From the IMG/VR virus record IMGVR_UViG_3300025018_000091: DNA of 64,000 bases. The stretch is one strand, 5' to 3'. A model generated the notes under the pieces. That model ran no database searches. It saw nothing but the letters and a program-made list of their open reading frames with translations, and was not told the origin of the DNA. The stretch is from a virus (lineage: Duplodnaviria > Caudoviricetes). Made by a program: the position numbers and the translations under genes. Positions 29,208 to 42,659 of this stretch are shown in pieces; the stretch's first letter is position 1; each line of letters opens with the position of its first letter.

Positions 29208-30310
29208 TACCAATTAATTCCATTCTTAATCATTTCATATTCTGCAAGATAAGATTTTGCCATAACATGTCGATCAAAACGAATAATCGCATGCTCTCGG
29301 CAAACTTTAGGATCAATATTATCTATCAACTTAATTGCAGATACAAAATCTTCTACATTAGAGTCGCATAAGTAACCAGTTACACCATGTGTTATTGTTT
29401 CTAGTAAAGCCCCAATCCTAGTACATATAACTGGAGTTCCACAAGCCAAAGCTTCTGGTTGTTGTAATCCAAAAGGCTCTTGAAATTGAACTGTATTTAT
29501 AAATGCTTTTGCTTGTTGATATAATTCTCGTTTAGCTTCATGATGATAAGGGTCGCCAGGAAGCCACTCAAAAGTTATATTTGGATAATCTGATGCTAAA
29601 TCAACAGCTTGATAAGCGCATTTTTTTTGATAAGCACATGAGATTCTATCTGGATGATCTCCTGCCATAATCAAATTTATTCCTGATTTCTTAGCAACCT
29701 CAATTGCTAATCTATAACCCCTAACTTCATGCCACCTTCCTAACCACAAAAAATAGTCTTTTTTGTCATAAGTTGGAGTATACCAGTCTGTATTTATTCC
29801 ATAATAACTTACATGTGCATTTTTAACTGGTTCATAGCTTTGCTTTCCAAAATAAGGCACATTGGTATTTTCATAATCTGTAGCACCTCTTAATGCTCGG
29901 TCTCTCATATTAACTGATGAACATACAATATTATAAGCTGGATTTGGATGATCCCAAACACCACCAAGAGGAGATGATATAACATTTCGTTTTCCTTCAG
30001 CATATAATATTTCTGCAATACGTTTTTTTATGCTAAAATCATGAATAACATCTAAGTTACGTAACACTTCAGCATGCATTTCAAAACACTGTTGTTCACA
30101 TGTCTCACCAGTAGGAACATCTTGTCCATCAGAGCACGGCATCTCAAATAATTTAACACCATCAATACATTTTGTTCCAAATGGAGCAAATAAACTAATT
30201 TCATGTCCCATTTCAACTAAACAATATACAAGGTCTAATATAAAGAACTCTCCTGAATGTTTAGGAGATGGTATTGGATGAAAATGTGTTGCAATTATTC
30301 CTATTTTCAT
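29207..30310 (-). CDS. Glycosyltransferase, GT4 family
   Basis: FLWLGR, EPFGLQQPEALACGTPVI. Confidence 0.88.
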   Translation of the reverse strand: MKIGIIATHFHPIPSPKHSGEFFILDLVYCLVEMGHEISLFAPFGTKCIDGVKLFEMPCSDGQDVPTGETCEQQCFEMHAEVLRNLDVIHDFSIKKRIAEILYAEGKRNVISSPLGGVWDHPNPAYNIVCSSVNMRDRALRGATDYENTNVPYFGKQSYEPVKNAHVSYYGINTDWYTPTYDKKDYFLWLGRWHEVRGYRLAIEVAKKSGINLIMAGDHPDRISCAYQKKCAYQAVDLASDYPNITFEWLPGDPYHHEAKRELYQQAKAFINTVQFQEPFGLQQPEALACGTPVICTRIGALLETITHGVTGYLCDSNVEDFVSAIKLIDNIDPKVCREHAIIRFDRHVMAKSYLAEYEMIKNGINW

Positions 30311-30996
30311 TTGATTGCTTCCGAAATAAAACTATGCGTCATGCCTGCATCTACTATAACGTTAGCCATATTGGGATCTTTACTTTTGCCAGACATATTG
30401 TAAAATTCTATTTTCTTAAAATTTGCTTCAGACAAAAATTTGGTCATAGAACTTTTATTATACATACACATATGTCCTTCATAGAAATCCCAAGTACAAT
30501 TCTCGCCACAAGCGCCAAACATTAAATAAGATAACTGTAATGAAGGCTCTGCGTTACTATAAAATAGTGGTTGCTCACTAGCAAACTTATACATTTTATT
30601 ATTTATGTAAGCATCTATTAAAATATCTAAATCTGGAGTTGTTATCCTGATAACTCCACCAGGCTTTAGCATTCTATAACATTCTTTTAATAATCTTGGC
30701 ACTTCAAAAATTGGATTTAAATGTTCAATTACTTGACCAATATAAATAGAAGTAATACTATTATCTTCATGTTGCGCAAATCCTTGTCTTAAATCATGAA
30801 TGCGGAAATCAAAATCTTCGCCATTTTTAAGAAATTTTACACATTGTTGAACACTTTCGGCATACATGCTCAAATCACTATTTACACTTGTTCTTAAAAA
30901 ATGTAAATAAGTTGCGAAATCAGCACGATCATAGTTAATCCATGTTGTTGGTAACATAATTGGACCACAACCAATATTTAATCTTACTTCTTGCAT
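30307..30996 (-). CDS. Class I SAM-dependent methyltransferase
   Basis: RLNIGCG, HDLRQG, QVIEHL, YRMLKPGG. Confidence 0.85.
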   Translation of the reverse strand: MQEVRLNIGCGPIMLPTTWINYDRADFATYLHFLRTSVNSDLSMYAESVQQCVKFLKNGEDFDFRIHDLRQGFAQHEDNSITSIYIGQVIEHLNPIFEVPRLLKECYRMLKPGGVIRITTPDLDILIDAYINNKMYKFASEQPLFYSNAEPSLQLSYLMFGACGENCTWDFYEGHMCMYNKSSMTKFLSEANFKKIEFYNMSGKSKDPNMANVIVDAGMTHSFISEAIK

Positions 30997-30997
30997 C

Positions 30998-33445
30998 TTA
31001 TTTTCTATATGGAGTTGTAGGATAATATGGAATCATTGGATCAGTTTTTGATTTTTCAATCATATCATAAAACATCTTTTCCCAATCTTTAGCTAAAGAA
31101 TCTAATCCAAAATTCTCTTTTGCATATTCCTGTAATACTAATCTATCATCTTCACTATTATTAAACATTGCATTAATGACTGCGCTGATAAAATTATTCT
31201 TATATTCTGAAGTTGTCCAATCACCAGGTATTAATGTCCCTCGTTCTCCTACTGTTTCATTTAAAGCTGCAATACTTGATGTAACCATACGCAATCCAGC
31301 AGCTTGAGCTTCCATTGCAGTAATACAACTTGTTTCAGTAAACCAAGTAGGATGTATCCAACAACCTGCACTTAAAAATTCAATTGCCAATTCATCTTGA
31401 TTTACTCTATCATGATAAAAAACACCCAATGACTCCATATCTTTTATTTGTTTCTTAAGTCTACTAATTAAATCAGCCTGTCCCTGATCATATTGTGCAG
31501 AATATTCCCAATTTTTGAAACCATAAAATAAATGTAATTCTGCCTTTGGAACATGTGCCTTAATAGTTGTCCAACATTCTAGCAAAATTGGCCAACTTCT
31601 ATCAGGACTACTACTATTAACTGCTTTAAATCTATTTCTTGGAACTTTTTTATTAAATCTGTTTAAATCAATTCCATTTCTAGTAACTGATACTTGTTCT
31701 GGATTAATATTATGTACTCTAATGATATTATTTTTATGCCAATCAGATAACGCTAATACCTTATCTGTTTTTAATAATAATTCACTGGTCGCACCATTAG
31801 CAATTACATCATGAACCCATAACAATGTTACTTTTGCTTTTACATTATACTTATCTGCTAACATAGATGCATGACGTGATACAACCAAGATATCGCATTC
31901 TAAATTAGCATATTTTTCAGTTCTATAATATTCAACACGATCATAAATTCCTTCATTATTTCCACAACTATTATAAACACGAACTCTATGACCTAAAGCA
32001 GCTAATCTTTTAGCCTGCTCAATTAACATTGTTTCGCTTCCACCAATTCCAAACTGTTTTACACTTATTGGTGTCCAAATTTCAACTCCATTACCTGCAA
32101 AAAAGATAATATCAAGCTTACCACCAATAGGTTCGGCAATTGGTTCATCAACTTTTTGAGGCAATAATGCATCTTCATCAGCTTTGTTTTTTATTATAAC
32201 CTTTTTATCTATTATACTGGTCATTAATGATATTGATGCCGCATCTAATTCACCAATTTTTTCTAATTCTTTTATAGATTTGTAAATTTGACGATGTAAT
32301 AAGTTTATTTCATAAAGACGTTTATTTAACAAAAATGCCGGCTCAGTTGGTTCATATCTTAATCCTCTATTTACGCTATCTAAAGCCTCTTCTATTCTTC
32401 CAAGCTTATTTAATGCAAAATTATAGTATTTATGAATTTCATATTCTCTATCTGCAGGATTTATGAACAAAAGTGTTTTAGTTTCAGAACAACCAAGACC
32501 TAATTTAATGAAATAAACACATCTTTCCCAATTGCGTATTTCATCTCTTCCGCCCTGCTGTGCCAAATAATAGAATATTCGACCTAAAGCAAGATAGCCT
32601 TCTGCCCAAGATTCTTTAATAGCTACCGTTTTAAACGCCCACTTAAGTGCAGATTCATAATCTTGACGCATTTGATAAATATCAATCAATTTTAAGCAAG
32701 CCATTGCTCGCTCATCATCCCAACCAGATACATCTATATATTTTGATAAACGCTCAATTGCCTCATCCATTAAATTAGCATTATAGCACTCAAGACCTAA
32801 ATAATATAATTGGCGAGGGTCAGAATCTCCATGCTTTTCAAAATATGAACGTAAGATCCTTAAATTACGACCAAATTCTTGTACTTTTTTACTAAGATAT
32901 CTTTGATGTTTAAATAAAACATCTTCTACTGTTTGGAAAAAACAAGAAGGATCTTTATTAATCAATACTTCATGAACTGGATTTACCCAATGAAATCGAT
33001 CTTTATTATAAACTAAACGCTCTCTATAATGATAACATGTACATTTTCCATTGCTATCATATGCGTATTCATATGGAAACATTAAACATACTGATTTATC
33101 TTCACTATCTGGAAGATAATCTTGGATTATTTTTAATAGATTTTCACCTTTAGTAATAATATCATCTGCATCAACCCACAATACCCATGGTTGAGTTGCT
33201 AAATCAAATGATCTTTGTCTCGCTTGTGAAAAACTTTCAATTAATCCAGTTTCAGAATTATTGCAATCTGTATATACTTCAAAAATATCAGCATATTTTT
33301 TCGCAATTTCAGGAGTATTATCTGTTGAACCAGTATCAACAATAACAATTTCTGAAACATAATCCTTTATTGAATTCAAACATTGTTCTAATAATGGTTC
33401 ATCACGAACAATTAAACATAGTGAAATAGGCGCGCGTTCAATCAT
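30998..33445 (-). CDS. GT2-TPR-GT4 tri-domain glycosyltransferase
   Basis: ISLCLIVRDE, VDTGSTD and VDADD (GT2 DxD); TPR-like helices (RQLYYLG, EGYLALG); C-terminal GGSE, SSPDR, ETSCITAMEA (GT4). Confidence 0.9.
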   Translation of the reverse strand: MIERAPISLCLIVRDEPLLEQCLNSIKDYVSEIVIVDTGSTDNTPEIAKKYADIFEVYTDCNNSETGLIESFSQARQRSFDLATQPWVLWVDADDIITKGENLLKIIQDYLPDSEDKSVCLMFPYEYAYDSNGKCTCYHYRERLVYNKDRFHWVNPVHEVLINKDPSCFFQTVEDVLFKHQRYLSKKVQEFGRNLRILRSYFEKHGDSDPRQLYYLGLECYNANLMDEAIERLSKYIDVSGWDDERAMACLKLIDIYQMRQDYESALKWAFKTVAIKESWAEGYLALGRIFYYLAQQGGRDEIRNWERCVYFIKLGLGCSETKTLLFINPADREYEIHKYYNFALNKLGRIEEALDSVNRGLRYEPTEPAFLLNKRLYEINLLHRQIYKSIKELEKIGELDAASISLMTSIIDKKVIIKNKADEDALLPQKVDEPIAEPIGGKLDIIFFAGNGVEIWTPISVKQFGIGGSETMLIEQAKRLAALGHRVRVYNSCGNNEGIYDRVEYYRTEKYANLECDILVVSRHASMLADKYNVKAKVTLLWVHDVIANGATSELLLKTDKVLALSDWHKNNIIRVHNINPEQVSVTRNGIDLNRFNKKVPRNRFKAVNSSSPDRSWPILLECWTTIKAHVPKAELHLFYGFKNWEYSAQYDQGQADLISRLKKQIKDMESLGVFYHDRVNQDELAIEFLSAGCWIHPTWFTETSCITAMEAQAAGLRMVTSSIAALNETVGERGTLIPGDWTTSEYKNNFISAVINAMFNNSEDDRLVLQEYAKENFGLDSLAKDWEKMFYDMIEKSKTDPMIPYYPTTPYRK

Positions 33446-33500
33446 ATCTTTCTCTTTTCACTTTTAATATATCAATGACAAGCGCTAATTAATTTTTATA

Positions 33501-34349
33501 TTATGCTGCTTTTGTAATCGTCAAACCGCTGCCATTAGGATTCATTATTATTGGTGTTCCTCCAGAATTTATAGCGGCTTGAATCTTAATCTTATCTCCA
33601 GATGAAATATCCATTATTATAGTAGCTCCACTAGTAGCTTTACCCTGAGTCGCCTGACGATTATACATCCAAACAACAGTACCTCCAATTAACCCATAAC
33701 CACTACCAGTATCTATCATCAATTGTGCATAGCTGTCACTTCTGGTAGTACCAGTAGTAAGATTAGTAGTTACATAAAAACTAATTAAATATGTACCAGT
33801 TGTATTTATTGTTACTTCAGCAGAAGAAGCTGTGTGTGTAAAATCAGAAGTTTTATTTCTTTCTGTATCCAACGGCACATCAGTTAAACCTGCACTAATA
33901 TTTGTACTACTAGCCGCATCATATGCATGAAAATAAGCAGGAGTAATACTAGCCGGTCCAGTAGGACCAATTGGTCCCGTTGCTCCCGTTACGCCTGGAC
34001 TACCTTGAGGTGCTCCAGCAGGACCTGTAGCTCCAGTAACACCAGCAGGACCTGTAGTGCCAGCAGGACCTGTAGCTCCAGTTACACCGGGTGAACCTTG
34101 AGGTCCAATAGGTCCAGTTACACCTGTAGCACCGTCTGCACCAATAACTTTAAGAATAACTTCATCAACAATTGTTCCGCCATATGGAGCAGTACCTTGA
34201 TAAGCACCATCAGGAGTATCAGTTTGCCAATATACATATGCAGTAGGAACAGAACCATTATCATCACGACCACGCTTATAATAAGTCGTAACTGAAGGCG
34301 CTCCCGCACCACCAAAAGTTACTGTCCATTCTCCACTATAATCAACCAT
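33501..34349 (-). CDS. Collagen-like fibre protein with a C-terminal jelly-roll (C1q/BclA-like) domain
   Basis: About 21 Gly-X-Y triplets, then AYFHAY...[10 protein letters not shown]...GDKIKI. Confidence 0.75.
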   Translation of the reverse strand: MVDYSGEWTVTFGGAGAPSVTTYYKRGRDDNGSVPTAYVYWQTDTPDGAYQGTAPYGGTIVDEVILKVIGADGATGVTGPIGPQGSPGVTGATGPAGTTGPAGVTGATGPAGAPQGSPGVTGATGPIGPTGPASITPAYFHAYDAASSTNISAGLTDVPLDTERNKTSDFTHTASSAEVTINTTGTYLISFYVTTNLTTGTTRSDSYAQLMIDTGSGYGLIGGTVVWMYNRQATQGKATSGATIIMDISSGDKIKIQAAINSGGTPIIMNPNGSGLTITKAA

Positions 34350-34352
34350 CTG

Positions 34353-37300
34353 TTATCCATCCTCTACTTCAATAAATGCTGAAGATACCTGTACAAAATC
34401 AGTATCATTTGCGCCCGTATCTAATTTAGCATGTAATTCTACAGAACGCTCTCCAGCAGTTATTGTAAGTGGTCCAAGAGTCTTTGATTGTAATGTAGTA
34501 TTATTGTCAGTAATGTACCCGTCGATATAATATCCATCATAAACATCATATAACCTGATTGTGTATGTTTGTGCATTATCTACTTCACACGCTACTCTTA
34601 ATGTATATATAGCACTTCCAGAATAATCTGCAGTATTTAATATTCCAGAACCTAATCTACTATAAATACTAAGATTTGTAGCAAATAAACCAGCTGCTAA
34701 ACTTATTATTGCATTTCCTGCAGATCCAGTTGCTGATCCTGCTGGTCCCGTAGCTCCTTGAGGTCCTGTAGCTCCAGTTACACCGGCAACACCAGTGGCT
34801 CCTTGAGGTCCTGTTGCTCCAGTAACTCCCTGTTCACCTTGAGGTCCTGTTGCTCCAGTTACTCCGTCTATACCCGTAACTCCTTGTGGACCGGTTGCTC
34901 CCGTAACTCCATCTTGACCTTGTGGACCTGTAGCACCGGTTACACCGGGACTTCCTTGAATACCTTGAACTCCAGTAGCTCCCTGTGGACCAGTAGCACC
35001 CGTAACTCCGTCTATACCCGTAGCTCCTTGCGGACCAGTTGCACCAGTTACTCCGGGTGAACCCTGAATGCCTTGAGGTCCTGTAGCACCAGTTACTCCA
35101 GGACTTCCTTGAATACCTTGGAGACCTGTAGCACCCTGAGGTCCAGTTACACCATCTGCACCAGTAGCTCCTACTGATCCTGTAGCTCCTTGTGGACCAG
35201 TAGTTCCGGTAACACCATCAATACCAGTTGCACCTTGTGGTCCTATAGCACCTGTTACACCTGGTGATCCTTGAATACCTTGTATACCAGTAGCTCCTTG
35301 AAGTCCTGTAGCACCAGTTATACCAGGACTTCCCTGAATACCTTGAGGTCCTGTAGCTCCTTGTGGACCAGTAGCTCCCGTTACACCAGGAGATCCTTGA
35401 ATGCCTTGTGGACCAGTTGCTCCAGTTACACCAGGAGATCCTTGAATGCCTTGTGGACCAGTTGCTCCAGTTACACCAGGAGATCCTTGAATGCCTTGTA
35501 TACCAGTAGCTCCTATTGGACCTGTTGCGCCCGTTACACCAGGACTTCCTTGAATACCTTGGGGACCTGTAGCTCCTTGTGGTCCAGTCGCACCCGTAAC
35601 GCCAAGAGCAACATCCAAAATATCTAATGCAATTTGAACATTTGATGCAGCCGTTCCAACAAGAATTCCAGTAAATCCAGTGGTATCAACAGAAATTGAT
35701 GTTGCTGGATGAGCATTCGTTGCATCTCTATTAATTAAAGAATTATGATCTGTAGGAGAATAACTACCTACTGGTGTTGATGCATCATTTCTATAATCTA
35801 CAACATCCCTTAGTGCAGAATATTTTATAGTAGAAGAATATGCAGCCTTATATTGATAAATTAATCTATATATAAGTTTCATTTCCGGAGTAATTAACCC
35901 AGAAACAAATATAGATGCTGGGCTTGCTGCCGTTTGAGCATCAAATAATGATCCATAATAATTATCATGAGGAATAGATATAATTGGATCATAACTATCA
36001 TTTGATGCAAAAATCCAAACAACAAAAAAATCTGTGATAGGAACATCAGTTAATTTCCACCCAGTTCCACCACCAACATTCTCATTATATTGAGGAATAT
36101 TAGATACAGAACCCCATGGGAATGGGAATGAATTTGAGGCTATTTTTCTCCATGCAGGAGTTGTCCCAAATTTATATAGTACAGGGATTTGTCCAGGATT
36201 TGCTGGTAAAGTTCCGCCCAAATTTTGTTCATAAGGATCTGTGCCAGTTCCATTTATTATATCATGTTCTAAATCTTCATCATCAACTGTTCCGCTAGTC
36301 ATAGACACATAAGTATTAGTACCATCTGAGGCTGGAGTTCCCGTAGTAATTGCATTACTATCTAATCCTAATCCAGTTTCCCATCTCATTCCAAAATTAT
36401 CATGTAAATATTCATGAGTTGCGTTGGACATTACAATTCCATGACGCTCATCTCCAAATATAGTAACTGCGCCAGTATCATCTATATAAAGTAACGCTAT
36501 CAATGCGTCATCTAATATATTAGCAGTTGTATTTTCCGTTAAATATCCATCAACTGAAGAATAATAAACCCAATGCACACCTACAGAATTAGTTACTGGA
36601 ATAGATTCTGTACTCTTTATATATTTAACAGCACCAGCATAAATAACAAAGTTAGTTCCAGTTATCGTTAATGTCAGTCCAGACATTGATATTGAAGATT
36701 GTGTTCTGTCTTCAAATCCATTATTTATGACTTGAATTGGTCCTGTAGAACCAGTAACACCAGGAGATCCTTGGTTACCTTGCGGTCCTGTTGGTCCAGT
36801 AGCTCCTGTTGCACCTTGTGATCCTGTGGCGCCTGTAACTCCATCTGTTCCAGTTACACCTTGAATACCTTGAGGTCCAGTAGCTCCTTGTGGACCAGTA
36901 GCTCCTGGTTGACCTTGAGGTCCAGTAGCACCTGTAACACCATCTACACCTGTAGCGCCTTGCAAGCCAGTTACGCCTTGAGGTCCTGTAGCTCCAGCAG
37001 GACCTGTTGCGCCTGTTGCGCCTGTTACACCATCTGCTCCCGTTGGTCCAGGTTCACCTTGAGGACCTGTAGCTCCAGCGGGACCAGTTGCACCAGTAAT
37101 TCCTGGGGAACCAGTTGGTCCTGGTTCACCTGTTGGTCCAGCAGGACCAGTTACACCATCTTGACCAGCAGGACCTGTTGCACCAGCGGGACCAGTTGCT
37201 CCAGTTACACCGTCAACACCATCAACTCCTTGTGCTCCAGTTGGTCCAATTGGACCTGTAGCTCCAGCAGGACCGGTTGCTCCAGCGGGACCAGTAGCTC

Positions 37301-37610
37301 CTGTTACACCATCAACACCATCAATGCCTTGTGTTCCAGTTGCGCCTTGTGGACCTGTTACACCGGCAGGACCTGTTGCGCCAGCAGGACCGGTTGCACC
37401 GGTTACACCGGGAGATCCTTGAGGTCCACCAAAAGGACCAGTAACACCAGGAGATCCTTGTGGACCTTGCAAACCAGTAGGTCCAGCAGGACCAGTAGCT
37501 CCAGCAGGACCTGTTGCGCCAGTTGCGCCAGCGGGACCTGTAGGACCTGTGATACCGCCACCAGATCCAGATGGAACTCCTTTTATTTGGTTTGCATTAA
37601 CTTTGCTCAT
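34353..37610 (-). CDS. Large collagen-like fibre protein (two collagen blocks, two globular domains)
   Basis: 1085 aa with about 90 and about 95 Gly-X-Y triplets dominated by GAT/GVT/GPQ. Confidence 0.85.
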   Translation of the reverse strand: MSKVNANQIKGVPSGSGGGITGPTGPAGATGATGPAGATGPAGPTGLQGPQGSPGVTGPFGGPQGSPGVTGATGPAGATGPAGVTGPQGATGTQGIDGVDGVTGATGPAGATGPAGATGPIGPTGAQGVDGVDGVTGATGPAGATGPAGQDGVTGPAGPTGEPGPTGSPGITGATGPAGATGPQGEPGPTGADGVTGATGATGPAGATGPQGVTGLQGATGVDGVTGATGPQGQPGATGPQGATGPQGIQGVTGTDGVTGATGSQGATGATGPTGPQGNQGSPGVTGSTGPIQVINNGFEDRTQSSISMSGLTLTITGTNFVIYAGAVKYIKSTESIPVTNSVGVHWVYYSSVDGYLTENTTANILDDALIALLYIDDTGAVTIFGDERHGIVMSNATHEYLHDNFGMRWETGLGLDSNAITTGTPASDGTNTYVSMTSGTVDDEDLEHDIINGTGTDPYEQNLGGTLPANPGQIPVLYKFGTTPAWRKIASNSFPFPWGSVSNIPQYNENVGGGTGWKLTDVPITDFFVVWIFASNDSYDPIISIPHDNYYGSLFDAQTAASPASIFVSGLITPEMKLIYRLIYQYKAAYSSTIKYSALRDVVDYRNDASTPVGSYSPTDHNSLINRDATNAHPATSISVDTTGFTGILVGTAASNVQIALDILDVALGVTGATGPQGATGPQGIQGSPGVTGATGPIGATGIQGIQGSPGVTGATGPQGIQGSPGVTGATGPQGIQGSPGVTGATGPQGATGPQGIQGSPGITGATGLQGATGIQGIQGSPGVTGAIGPQGATGIDGVTGTTGPQGATGSVGATGADGVTGPQGATGLQGIQGSPGVTGATGPQGIQGSPGVTGATGPQGATGIDGVTGATGPQGATGVQGIQGSPGVTGATGPQGQDGVTGATGPQGVTGIDGVTGATGPQGEQGVTGATGPQGATGVAGVTGATGPQGATGPAGSATGSAGNAIISLAAGLFATNLSIYSRLGSGILNTADYSGSAIYTLRVACEVDNAQTYTIRLYDVYDGYYIDGYITDNNTTLQSKTLGPLTITAGERSVELHAKLDTGANDTDFVQVSSAFIEVEDG
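34724..35603 (-). repeat. Collagen Gly-X-Y coding repeat, block 2
   Basis: Recurring unit [15 protein letters not shown]; 9-nt periodicity. Confidence 0.9.
36738..37547 (-). repeat. Collagen Gly-X-Y coding repeat, block 1
   Basis: [12 protein letters not shown] triplets; 9-nt periodicity. Confidence 0.9.
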
Positions 37611-37617
37611 TGATTGC

Positions 37618-38220
37618 TCACGTATTATCTAAGTAATAATCGGCAGTAATTATATCGTCTGGAGGAGGAACAGTTGTTGGTGGAACAGTTAAAATAACAG
37701 TATCATAACCAGATCCAGGTCCTCCACTTTCAGCAATAAAATAATCATCTAAGAAAAATTGTTTTACTCCATTTTTATACACTATTATTCGGTATAAATC
37801 GTTTTGAATAAATTTTCCGAATGGAATAGAATAAACAGTATTTGAGTCATCAACAACTCCGACCAATTCAATATCTTCTTTTTTCAAAACTGATAGATTC
37901 TCACTGGTTACTTGCAATCCGTTTACTATTCCGGCATCTTGTAAAAATGATTTTTGATCAAGATTAAATTGAAGCAAATCAATATCACTACATTCAACAA
38001 CTATATCTTTTGCTAAAATTTTATGACGCAATTCACCTTTTAATAATGAAGCACGAATATCTTGCTCTGCTACGCCAGGTATTTGCAGTAAATCTCGTGT
38101 TTGATTAAAATTAATAGGATATTGAAAAATTGTAATTGTTTTATTGCGATCTGAAGTAATATTTCTTACTATAAAACAACCGTATCTTTTTAAATAAGGA
38201 GCAAATTGATCTACAGTCAT
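37618..38220 (-). CDS. Probable virion structural protein (possible fibre anchor)
   Basis: C-terminal [10 protein letters not shown]...VYKNGVKQ...DY...IITADY beta-sandwich pattern; sits immediately upstream of the collagen fibre genes. Confidence 0.5.
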   Translation of the reverse strand: MTVDQFAPYLKRYGCFIVRNITSDRNKTITIFQYPINFNQTRDLLQIPGVAEQDIRASLLKGELRHKILAKDIVVECSDIDLLQFNLDQKSFLQDAGIVNGLQVTSENLSVLKKEDIELVGVVDDSNTVYSIPFGKFIQNDLYRIIVYKNGVKQFFLDDYFIAESGGPGSGYDTVILTVPPTTVPPPDDIITADYYLDNT

Positions 38221-38224
38221 AATC

Positions 38225-39100
38225 TTACTCCTCTATTGAAATTACATCATCTTTATCATCATTAGGTTGATCATCTGATATTATTTTTTGATCAGTAGCA
38301 GTTTCTTCTGAGCTAGATTTACTAATGGGTTTTTCATTAACAATCTTATCTTTAATGGTAATCATTACAGATCTTTCTACTTCTGGATTATCTTTTGTTG
38401 CTTTAACATCAAATAACTTATTAGTTAAATTATCATCTGGAGCGGCTTGTTTCTGATTTGCCATAACAGTAGCTAATGTAGTTAACATCTTATCTACTAA
38501 AGTATCATAACTAAATTTAGAAACGTCCATAGGAGTTATTTGCTCATAATTTTTATCGCCATGAACTAATAGTTCATCCTTTTGTAAAATAGCTTCTTTT
38601 AATGTTTCCGGTGACATAGCTAATAAATTATCTGGTGTTAATCTGTAACGTACATACATTAACTCTTCTAAATAATCTAAACTTCCAACTGATGGTTGGG
38701 TATCACTATAATCGCCATCTTTAATATTAGTGCGTATACCTTTATCAACAGATGATAACAATACTCTTGTATAACTATCTTGCCAAGCTGGTTGTTTTCC
38801 AAATTCTCGTTTTAATTGTGTCAAAACATCAGCTAATTTTGTGAATGCTTCTAATTTATGAGACATAGATTCTGATAGAAACGCCTCACTTCTATGATAA
38901 TTTTGCAATCCTCGTCTTGGAATATAATCAGTTTCTTGATTAATTCTTCTTGTATCAAAAGCATTCTTAGTAAAACCAAAACTGTTTGATAAAGAATTTT
39001 TACGAATAGAAAACGAACGTCTTCTTTGTGCAATATCATCGGCACTTTTTATAATGACACAGTATATGTCTAATACATCTAACAATTCCATTTTTACCAT
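38225..39100 (-). CDS. Hypothetical protein (possible internal head protein)
   Basis: 291 aa with KSA, KNA and KLA motifs and an acidic C-terminal tail. Confidence 0.6.
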   Translation of the reverse strand: MVKMELLDVLDIYCVIIKSADDIAQRRRSFSIRKNSLSNSFGFTKNAFDTRRINQETDYIPRRGLQNYHRSEAFLSESMSHKLEAFTKLADVLTQLKREFGKQPAWQDSYTRVLLSSVDKGIRTNIKDGDYSDTQPSVGSLDYLEELMYVRYRLTPDNLLAMSPETLKEAILQKDELLVHGDKNYEQITPMDVSKFSYDTLVDKMLTTLATVMANQKQAAPDDNLTNKLFDVKATKDNPEVERSVMITIKDKIVNEKPISKSSSEETATDQKIISDDQPNDDKDDVISIEE

Positions 39101-39185
39101 ATATTAAGGTTGCAAGTGACATTACAGGCTATTATGATACAGAAATATTACCCAAAGAAATATAATGTAACAAATATTAACGGGC

Positions 39186-39214
39186 TTGACAGGATTTTTT
39201 TTTGATATTACATT
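39186..39214 (+). promoter_or_regulatory. Sigma70-type promoter, probably giving a leaderless mRNA
   Basis: TTGACA (39186-39191), 17-nt spacer, TACATT (39209-39214). The ATG is at 39221, with no SD sequence. Confidence 0.6.
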
Positions 39215-39220
39215 TTTACC

Positions 39221-41466
<2,246 letters not shown>

Positions 41467-41494
41467 TTTAGATTTTAATCAGCGTTCTAATAAA

Positions 41495-42508
41495 TTAGAC
41501 ACCGACTACTACAGACTTACGTCCAGCAGCAACACCACGTGGGTTTACGATTGCGATTCCGATGATTTCGGAAACAACCCAACCTAGCTTCAATTGCTTT
41601 GGTTCATCAGCTGGCAAGACTTCAATGTCTTGACGGATAGGCATAACACCTACGAATTCAGGATCAGCAGCGCCATAAATTGTTCCAGGTGGAACGATCT
41701 TGGAAACCATAATATCAGTTCCCCAAATGTGTGCATATAGACCGGTTTGTAGAACTTCTCTCATTGTGACGGGATCGAAATCTCCGCCGCCTGTGCCCTG
41801 TCCACCGCCTGCTCCCCACTTAAGGATATCGGTGAATTCATTAATGTTCATGAAATACTTGGTAGTCACAAGGTCCCAGCGGTCGATCTGTTGCTTGATT
41901 TCAACAAGGTCTCTCTTCAAAAGACCAGCGTCAGCGATGTCAGTCAATGTATTTTCGACAGAGGCTGCTGCATCTAATGCTGCGAATACGTTTGCGTCTT
42001 CTTGTGCCATCATTTCCTGGCGAGCCTTTTGGACTGCACGGTCAATGACGTTGAATCTACGACGCTTTACTTCAGCAATACGTACTGTTGGGTTTGCGTA
42101 GATTTCGAATTCAGGAACTACAACACGGTCACCGAATACACGGGATTCTGGACCAGTACCGTTGCTGGAAATAACAACAGCGGCTACATCGATATCTCTA
42201 TCGTAAGTAGGCGTTGCACCTTGTGGCAAAGGATCTACAACCAATGCTCTACGGGCAATTCCATGGTAGTCTAAGTTTCTGCGGATTGGGTTTGCCATAG
42301 CCTGAGCTAAAGCAATCTTTCCGTCTTGAGTCATAATAGCGCGGGAAATCAATTCATCGCGTCTTTCGTCACTTAATGCAGTTTGTCCAGCCATACCCAT
42401 ATTTGATGGTTGATTCTCTTCGAGAATAGCAGCATATTTAACAAGTGTTTGAAGGGCATCTTTGAGTGAGCTTGCATTCATTTGCCCACCATTATTAAAC
42501 ATATTCAT
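41495..42508 (-). CDS. Major capsid protein (HK97 fold)
   Basis: 337 aa downstream of protease/scaffold and decoration genes; pattern ALAQAMANPIR...RRALVVDPLPQG...VPEFEI...RRFNVIDR...AQED; GGAG SD; biased high-expression codons; strong terminator. Confidence 0.85.
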   Translation of the reverse strand: MNMFNNGGQMNASSLKDALQTLVKYAAILEENQPSNMGMAGQTALSDERRDELISRAIMTQDGKIALAQAMANPIRRNLDYHGIARRALVVDPLPQGATPTYDRDIDVAAVVISSNGTGPESRVFGDRVVVPEFEIYANPTVRIAEVKRRRFNVIDRAVQKARQEMMAQEDANVFAALDAAASVENTLTDIADAGLLKRDLVEIKQQIDRWDLVTTKYFMNINEFTDILKWGAGGGQGTGGGDFDPVTMREVLQTGLYAHIWGTDIMVSKIVPPGTIYGAADPEFVGVMPIRQDIEVLPADEPKQLKLGWVVSEIIGIAIVNPRGVAAGRKSVVVGV

Positions 42509-42659
42509 ATGTTATCTCCACAATTAAAGGAATTGTTTGCCAATTTCTTAGCAATACACATTATGTGTATGATAAAATATGATAATATTAGCTTTTTTAG
42601 AAAAAAAAAATACTGCACTTACTATACATATTATGATATAGTATAATCTGCATCTTAAT

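Noticed and set aside
22583-33445. Bacterial O-antigen/capsule locus or host contamination
   Set aside because: No Wzx/Wzy/Wzm/Wzt or priming transferase is present; the genes are co-directional and tightly packed with phage fibre genes in the same sequence style.
34098-37613. Plus-strand ORFs over the collagen genes (for example 36861-37613, 35271-35627, 34758-35060)
   Set aside because: Antisense shadows of 9-nt periodic repeats that lack stops; they give low-complexity Ser/Cys/Thr/Arg translations with no SD.
42593-42610. T6/A10 homopolymer tract near the MCP leader as a phase-variable switch
   Set aside because: It is intergenic in AT-rich DNA and there is no evidence of length variation from a single sequence.
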